Source of the DNA: a virus
Taxonomy: Duplodnaviria > Heunggongvirae > Uroviricota > Caudoviricetes
Virus record (IMG/VR): IMGVR_UViG_3300020050_013219
Direction: 5' to 3' (one strand)
DNA length: 12,856 nt
In this document: piece by piece, positions 7,930-12,856 of the stretch
Layout of the letters: every line of letters starts with the position of its first letter
Position numbering within the stretch: the first letter of the stretch is position 1
Made by a program: the position numbers and the translations under genes
The notes under the pieces: generated by a model
Seen by the model: the letters and a program-made list of their open reading frames with translations, nothing else
What the model was told of the DNA's origin: nothing
Databases searched by the model: none

Positions 7930-9021
7930 TTAAGTTGTGTATTCTATAAGTACCCCATTAACAAATTTTAATGTTGCCCCAAGCATGGATATAGTAGTAG
8001 TTACTCCTGTATTATAAGATTGTATTTTGCCATCTTCATTTGTACACAGTAAATTTACAGGAGGGTCTGCTGGAAAATCATTTCGAGTATTTGGGTAGGC
8101 TGATATTAAAGTGTTAGTTGAGGTGAAAGATAATGTATTTCCATAAGTACCATCTGCTGTCGATAATGTAATTTGGTCAATAGCAACTTCAAGGAAAGTC
8201 TCTCCAACAGATACGCCATCTTCATATTTTGATACTAAATATGAAAAGTCGGTAGGTTTTATTCTCATAATAGAACGGTTAAGAGTTTTTTCATTAGTTT
8301 TATCTACTAAATTATATAAAAATTTATCACCTTCTTCCACTGATAATAATCTATCTGCCATTCCTTTATAAATTACTCCATCTATATCAGTAGATAAAGT
8401 TGTAATAAGATGTTTTTCATTAGTAATTTTTCCTCCTGAAAAACTAACAACTCCCTCTTCTATGTTCATCCAATCTCCTGCTGTAAATTCAACAGGTGGT
8501 TCTGGTGGAATAATAGGTTCTCCTGTTGTAAAAGTAGTAGTAATTTCAGAAAGAACTGCTTTATTTGTTCCACTTGTAATATTAAAGCATATTGACAAAT
8601 ATTCAGGATTTTCAAAATCCCCTGTAACACTAAAATCACCTGTTTCTCCAGAAGGCACTGTGATACTTCCAATTATATCTTCTCCTGAAAGTAACCAAAC
8701 AATAATATCTTCATCCGCACTATTAGAAGTTACTGTAAAAGCCATTGTTCCAAATTTACAAGGTGGAATATCTTTTGCAACATCTTCTAAAGTAGCAGTA
8801 GTTGAAAATACTCCTAAATCAAGTGCTGTAAAATATTGACCGTTTAATTCAGAAATATCTAAAGTTCCAATTTCTTGCGTACTAAATGAAATATCTTCAC
8901 TTGGTGTTGGAAAAACTTGTGGGTCAATTATATCTTGTATTACTTGATTTAAGTTTACATAAGGAATTAGACTTAATTCAGATTCTCCATTTTGCAAAGC
9001 TCTTTTATCTATGTAAGTCAT
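7930..9021 (-). CDS. Modular beta-rich fibre/decoration protein, 363 aa
   Basis: Acidic and Thr/Ser-rich, with a Pro linker (GEPIIPPEPP), a shaft-like repeat (FTAGDWMNIEEGVVS) and a C-terminal TISMLGATLKFVNGVL motif typical of phage fibre ends. Its N-terminus resembles that of the 153-aa protein. Confidence 0.5.
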   Translation of the reverse strand: MTYIDKRALQNGESELSLIPYVNLNQVIQDIIDPQVFPTPSEDISFSTQEIGTLDISELNGQYFTALDLGVFSTTATLEDVAKDIPPCKFGTMAFTVTSNSADEDIIVWLLSGEDIIGSITVPSGETGDFSVTGDFENPEYLSICFNITSGTNKAVLSEITTTFTTGEPIIPPEPPVEFTAGDWMNIEEGVVSFSGGKITNEKHLITTLSTDIDGVIYKGMADRLLSVEEGDKFLYNLVDKTNEKTLNRSIMRIKPTDFSYLVSKYEDGVSVGETFLEVAIDQITLSTADGTYGNTLSFTSTNTLISAYPNTRNDFPADPPVNLLCTNEDGKIQSYNTGVTTTISMLGATLKFVNGVLIEYTT

Positions 9022-9033
9022 TGATTTATAGTT

Positions 9034-9068
9034 AAAAAAAGGAGGAAGTAATTATTACAACCTCCTTT
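9034..9068 (-). terminator. Intrinsic terminator after the auxiliary capsid gene
   Basis: Minus strand reads AAAGGAGG-TT-GTAA-TAA-TTAC-TT-CCTCCTTT-TTTT: a GC-containing stem with an internal U-U loop and a 7-U tract, 6 nt after the stop at 9075. Confidence 0.8.
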
Positions 9069-9074
9069 AATTTT

Positions 9075-10550
9075 TTAGTTAAAAGTGTAGCTTGAATACC
9101 CCAACTTTTGAACCACAGTATCAAGAATAGGTTTAACATAACTTGTCAAATCACCTTGACTTGTAGAACCTGTAACACCTGGAGTTGCAGCAGTAGCCAC
9201 AGGAGCAGCACTTTCAACAAGCAATATTGTTCTTACAGTAATAACTTCCCCCACAGAATAAGTATGTCCATTGAACTCTGTTTCATGTAATTCAGATTCA
9301 AAGATATAACTTGTGTACCATTTATCTGCATCAATAGGAACATATTTTTGAATTAAATCAAAATTACTGCCCCAAACTTGACGAGAATAAACATCAAAAG
9401 CAGCATCTTCTTTATATCTTACCAACCAATTAGCAGATTTTCCATTACTAATAGCTCTACGTGAAGCAATAGCTAATGTAGCAGAAGGAGAATTAAGTTC
9501 ATTTGTTTTATCAGCATTTAAAAGAACAGTTGTTAATATTGTGTCCATTTGCTCATCTTGAACCAAAGCAGTAGATTGTTTCATACCTGTTACTAACAAA
9601 CCTTTAAGAGCATTTGCAGAAGTAGAAGCACCTGCTTGTGTTACATCAATCACACCAATTTTATCATTGTTTGCCAACTGACCATTGGCAACAGATTCAA
9701 TAAGCATTTGTCTAAAACCTTCATCAGTTGTAAATCTAATAGGATAACCTGTACCAGTTGTAGGATTAACAATTACTGCTACTGTAAAAGTAGTTGTAGC
9801 ACCTGAAATAAGAGCTGATACTAAAGGAAGTGTATAAGTTGTACCTGCAATAGTAGGATTTGTTTGAGCATTAGCACAAACTCCAAATACAATGTAAGGA
9901 GAATATCCACCTGTTCCTGTCAAAGGATTACGGAAAATTGCAGAACTTTGAGACATTTTATATCCAAGATTTTTATAAATATAATCAGTTGGAGAAACTG
10001 TTGCCAAAGCTGTAAAATCTGGAGTTGCTATCCTAAAAGACATATTATCAATGTTTTGCGCTCCATTAACTTTGGAAAGTGCAATACCATCAACTTTCAA
10101 ATGAATTTTATAATTACTATTTGATACAGCAGTTAAACCACTCAATCTTGCAGAACTATATCTTTCCCAATTTGATAATTGACCTGTTCCCATGGTTCTT
10201 ACTGGTTTAGATACATCTATAATACCAGAACGAAGAACTCTTGTGTTATATTGGTCATTTGCACCAATGGCATTTTGTAAAGTTGCAGCAGTTGTAGAAT
10301 AAGGTGTTCCTTGAACAAACTGAATTTTCTTTGTTTTTAATTCAGAAATATCTGTTACTACATCTACTAATTCATCAATAGTTGTAATATCTTCTTTATC
10401 TTGATATACAAGACCTATTTGACCATCTGCTAAAATATAAGCTGAAGCACCTTTATCCCAAATGTTTTGCCCTGCATCAGAGACATTAATCATGTTTTGG
10501 TCATTTTTAAATACAAGAATCCTTTCTTGCACTTGTTTTCTATTTGCCAT
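9075..10550 (-). CDS. Auxiliary capsid protein (crAss001 gp36-like), 491 aa
   Basis: QVQERILVF, RSGIIDV, VSNSNYKIHLKV, DYIYKNL, ID..KWYTSY and the C-terminal ILLVE resemble recalled auxiliary-capsid blocks; Ala/Thr-rich; conserved position after the first ring gene; followed by a terminator. Confidence 0.7.
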   Translation of the reverse strand: MANRKQVQERILVFKNDQNMINVSDAGQNIWDKGASAYILADGQIGLVYQDKEDITTIDELVDVVTDISELKTKKIQFVQGTPYSTTAATLQNAIGANDQYNTRVLRSGIIDVSKPVRTMGTGQLSNWERYSSARLSGLTAVSNSNYKIHLKVDGIALSKVNGAQNIDNMSFRIATPDFTALATVSPTDYIYKNLGYKMSQSSAIFRNPLTGTGGYSPYIVFGVCANAQTNPTIAGTTYTLPLVSALISGATTTFTVAVIVNPTTGTGYPIRFTTDEGFRQMLIESVANGQLANNDKIGVIDVTQAGASTSANALKGLLVTGMKQSTALVQDEQMDTILTTVLLNADKTNELNSPSATLAIASRRAISNGKSANWLVRYKEDAAFDVYSRQVWGSNFDLIQKYVPIDADKWYTSYIFESELHETEFNGHTYSVGEVITVRTILLVESAAPVATAATPGVTGSTSQGDLTSYVKPILDTVVQKLGYSSYTFN

Positions 10551-10567
10551 TTTTAAAAATTAGTTTA

Positions 10568-11251
10568 CTAATTCAACATTGAATCAGTGAGTGCTTTAGT
10601 TTCAATAGTGGGCTGAATACTTTCTAAAGCAAGTAAAGCAGCTTTTTTAATAATCTCTATTACCGTATTATCGTCAGTCCAAGTCCATTCAGTTGTAGTA
10701 GTCATATTTTCATTTCTATCATAATAACCGCCAAGTGAAACCACTCTTGGATATTTATAATAAGAAACATAAGCTGTTGGAATTGTGAAACCATTAGGTT
10801 CAAGAATTATAGTTTTTTGGTTATCATAAGAAGCAATATAAGCATTGCAAATTCCCCAAGTCCAATTAGATTCTTGTGTTTCATTAACAATTATTTGATG
10901 CTTAAAAAATTTACATTCTTTAAATCTTTTTGTACAATTGTTTTTTGTACCATCTATTTCAAAAGCTATAAATTCATAAACAGGATAAGATAAATCATCT
11001 CCTATAATTTTATTACCTATTGGAGAATAAGATTCTTTATGTACGAGAATTGGGGCAAGTTGATTCATTATTACATTATCATACTCTACCCCATTTCCTT
11101 GTTTATTATTAAGTTTCTCTGCGAGAAAACTTAGCTGTGCTTGATTCAATATAATGTCAATCTCATACGATGTAAATGCTTTCCCAAAGCTTGAATTAAG
11201 CTTGTTTACTTCAATATTAAACCTTAAATGAGATTCTACAATTGTAATCAT
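10568..11251 (-). CDS. Head-proximal ring / head-tail connector protein (crAss001 gp34/gp35-like, P22 gp4-related), 227 aa
   Basis: N-terminal HLRFNIEVNKLNS...FTSYEIDIILNQAQLSFL and C-terminal YVSYYKYPRVV...EIIKKAALLALE match the recalled ring-protein signature. Confidence 0.8.
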   Translation of the reverse strand: MITIVESHLRFNIEVNKLNSSFGKAFTSYEIDIILNQAQLSFLAEKLNNKQGNGVEYDNVIMNQLAPILVHKESYSPIGNKIIGDDLSYPVYEFIAFEIDGTKNNCTKRFKECKFFKHQIIVNETQESNWTWGICNAYIASYDNQKTIILEPNGFTIPTAYVSYYKYPRVVSLGGYYDRNENMTTTTEWTWTDDNTVIEIIKKAALLALESIQPTIETKALTDSMLN

Positions 11252-12333
11252 GCGTTAATTAGTTTTGCTTTTAGTTGCCCATCAAGTACTTCTAAAATAG
11301 CTTTATCAGTAAGTTTGTAAAGAATATCCATGCTACCAATTTCATATCTGTTTCCATCTACATAGTAACCATAGTCAGGTGAAGCTGTGTTTTTAATCAA
11401 AACTCTTTCCTTAATACATTCATTAATGAAAAATTCATGTTCAAAAGCTTTTGCTTTGGTTTTATCATTCATACGGTCATAAACTTCTACAAATAATCTC
11501 CATCTTTCCAATTGTTCGGTTTCTGAAGTTTTTTCTTCTGTGAAACTAACTAACCAATTTTTTAATTTTGTTTCAGTAAGTTTTCTATCAGGTTTAGCTA
11601 CTTTTGTATATTTTGCAGAAATCATAGATGATAATTTATAGCATTGTTCTTGATTATAATCTTCTGTAACTTTGTAAAGATAAGAAGAAACTTTGAGTTT
11701 AGGTTTAACTTTAACAAATCCTTCTGCATTTTCTTTCTTTTCGTCATAGATGAAATATTTGCAATTAGGTTTCTTTGCAATTTCATTTCTACTTGGTGCA
11801 AAATCACTTTGCACAAACTCTTTTGAACTTCTAAGAATTGCTCTAATCCAAATATAATCATTCATTGGAGAAGTGCCATTTTCATCATCAAATGTATTTG
11901 TATCTGCAAAATGTTTCCATAATGTTTCTAAATAAGTTTTCTTTACATCTCTTCCATTTGGTTTATCGCCCCAACTTGATTTTTCAGTTAAATAACCTTT
12001 TGGTACATCAAACCTAATTTCAGCTATAGTTTGTTCGGGAAGAACTTTTTGCTTCAATATCCAATCCTTTGCAGAAATCCAGTTATCCCCAATTTTAGCA
12101 TTTTCATCATTGAAATAAGGGTTTTCTTGTGGTTCTTTTGACCAAACTACAAATTCATTTGTTTTATGGGATTTAGGAATGGTAAGTCTATCAAATACAC
12201 TTGTACCTTTAAGTTTGGTTGAGAGTACCTTATCAGCACTCTCATAACCATTATACCATTCTACTTTATCTGAACTTTTGGTAGTTACACCAAGTGGATG
12301 TGTTCCTTCCACTCTTTTTATATATAATTTCAT
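11248..12333 (-). CDS. Conserved crAss-like protein encoded immediately after the MCP (crAssphage gene 75 / crAss001 gp33-like), 361 aa, function unknown
   Basis: Position after the MCP, plus motifs LWKHF...SPMNDYIWIRAIL and APSRNEI...KYFIYDE and a helical, charged C-terminal half. Confidence 0.65.
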   Translation of the reverse strand: MKLYIKRVEGTHPLGVTTKSSDKVEWYNGYESADKVLSTKLKGTSVFDRLTIPKSHKTNEFVVWSKEPQENPYFNDENAKIGDNWISAKDWILKQKVLPEQTIAEIRFDVPKGYLTEKSSWGDKPNGRDVKKTYLETLWKHFADTNTFDDENGTSPMNDYIWIRAILRSSKEFVQSDFAPSRNEIAKKPNCKYFIYDEKKENAEGFVKVKPKLKVSSYLYKVTEDYNQEQCYKLSSMISAKYTKVAKPDRKLTETKLKNWLVSFTEEKTSETEQLERWRLFVEVYDRMNDKTKAKAFEHEFFINECIKERVLIKNTASPDYGYYVDGNRYEIGSMDILYKLTDKAILEVLDGQLKAKLINA

Positions 12334-12358
12334 ATTTTAGATAGTTAATTTATTTGTT

Positions 12359-12856
12359 TTATACAGACATTGGGTCATAAACCAATACACCTAATCTGGT
12401 TGTGTCCCAAATTACAGGAGAACCACTCAATTTACGGTGATAAGTAGCAGTTGTATCATCAGTTGTAGATACAGATTGAATACCACTATAAGGGTGAATA
12501 CAACCAATTCTCCATCTACGTTGTTCTACTTCATCTTCAACAATCATAGAACAGTTTGATGTTCCACCATAAGAATTTTGAGATAATGCTCCACTGCCTG
12601 TACCTGCATTGGTATTACCAAAGTCAAATATTTCCAAACGTGCAGAATCTATTGTATAAGTACTATTTGGTGTGTACATTGTACGGCAATAGTATCTATC
12701 ATCTTTCATCATATCATAAGCCATTGTTACAACAACACCATTAATACCAATCCATTCAGTAAACTGATAACCAAATTTCAAAGGATTAGCAAGTGTGCTA
12801 CCTTGAGCTTGAGAAATAAACTGGTCTCCTTTTGCACCGTTAAAATAACCTTGTGC
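12359..12856 (-). CDS. Major capsid protein, 5'-partial (last 165 aa)
   Basis: The frame stays open to the window edge (AQGYFNGAKGDQFISQAQGSTLANPLKFGYQF...), so the track's start at 12781 is an internal TTG. LKFGYQFTEWIGINGVVVTMAYDMMKDD and YHRKLSGSPVIWDTTRLGVL match the crAss-like MCP C-terminus. Confidence 0.9.
   Translation of the reverse strand, partial: AQGYFNGAKGDQFISQAQGSTLANPLKFGYQFTEWIGINGVVVTMAYDMMKDDRYYCRTMYTPNSTYTIDSARLEIFDFGNTNAGTGSGALSQNSYGGTSNCSMIVEDEVEQRRWRIGCIHPYSGIQSVSTTDDTTATYHRKLSGSPVIWDTTRLGVLVYDPMSV

Larger units (their letters stand above)
3369..12346 (-). promoter_or_regulatory. Recurrent upstream-of-start motif AACTA(A/T), candidate non-SD translation initiation element
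   Basis: Plus-strand TAGTT at 3369-3373, 4165-4169, 5264-5268, 5697-5701, 5788-5792, 7458-7462, 7927-7931, 9029-9033, 10561-10565, 11260-11264 and 12342-12346; one-mismatch copies at 4669-4673 (AATTA) and 6625-6629 (CACTA). Each lies 7-11 nt before an ATG. The occurrence is certain; the function is inferred. Confidence 0.7.
1..12856 (-). mobile_element. crAss-like (Crassvirales-type) bacteriophage virion structural module
   Basis: Co-oriented, tightly packed genes in the order MCP, post-MCP protein, ring, auxiliary capsid, variable genes, ring, IHF-like, ring, muzzle, which matches the order I recall for crAss-like phages. No host genes, integrase or att site, so free phage versus prophage cannot be determined. 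Confidence 0.9.

Noticed and set aside
9061-9068. AAAGGAGG as a Shine-Dalgarno site for the 363-aa gene
   Set aside because: About 40 nt from the ATG and paired in the terminator stem.
9076-9080. AACTA copy at the auxiliary capsid stop (AAC TAA) as a start signal
   Set aside because: No ATG follows within 7-11 nt. It shows that the pentamer also occurs away from starts, a caveat for the main finding.
5797-10570. Stop-codon reassignment (TAG or TGA), known in some crAss-like phages
   Set aside because: All genes are full length in the standard code. TAG at 10568 is followed directly by TAA; reading through TAG at 5797 adds only 19 residues before a TGA and would spoil the terminal CxxC shared with the paralogue; TGA stops form clean ATGA overlaps.
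8466-11861. Nested same-strand ORFs 8466..8672 and 11622..11861
   Set aside because: Alternate frames inside real genes, with no recognisable protein features and L/Q/K/I-rich frame-shift compositions.
689-12744. Plus-strand ORFs in the track (689..943, 3044..3268, 4340..4534, 5148..5357, 8462..8839, 9108..9290, 9864..10124, 11644..11826, 12556..12744)
   Set aside because: All are antisense shadows of longer minus-strand genes, with I/F/S-biased compositions typical of AT-rich reverse frames; 5148..5357 also crosses a terminator.
12359-12781. A 140-aa standalone protein starting at 12781
   Set aside because: The start is an internal TTG; the frame continues to the window edge and is the MCP C-terminus.
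1-12856. tRNA, CRISPR array, DGR variable repeat, invertible segment, intron or intein
   Set aside because: Intergenic gaps are too short for RNA genes or arrays, and I saw no long near-identical repeat pair, flanking inverted repeats or splicing motifs by eye. A computational scan was not possible.

Overview
AT-rich (~30% GC by eye), almost fully coding phage DNA with every real gene on the minus strand. It is the virion module of a divergent crAss-like (Crassvirales-type) phage, probably infecting Bacteroidota. Order in the direction of transcription (right to left): C-terminal part of the major capsid protein, conserved post-MCP protein, ring protein, auxiliary capsid protein, terminator, two candidate fibre proteins, two Cys-rich paralogues, a 33-aa micro-ORF missed by the ORF track, a holin-like protein, terminator, ring protein, IHF/HU-like protein, ring protein, and a >1120-aa muzzle (tail tubular) protein that runs off the left edge and is absent from the ORF track. 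The standard genetic code applies (TAA, TGA and TAG all act as stops). The most striking unexplained signal is a pentamer AACTA lying 7-11 nt upstream of 11 of the 13 start codons, with one-mismatch versions at the other two and no Shine-Dalgarno sites. It is kept even inside overlapping upstream coding sequence. All family assignments come from recalled motifs and gene order, not from database searches.
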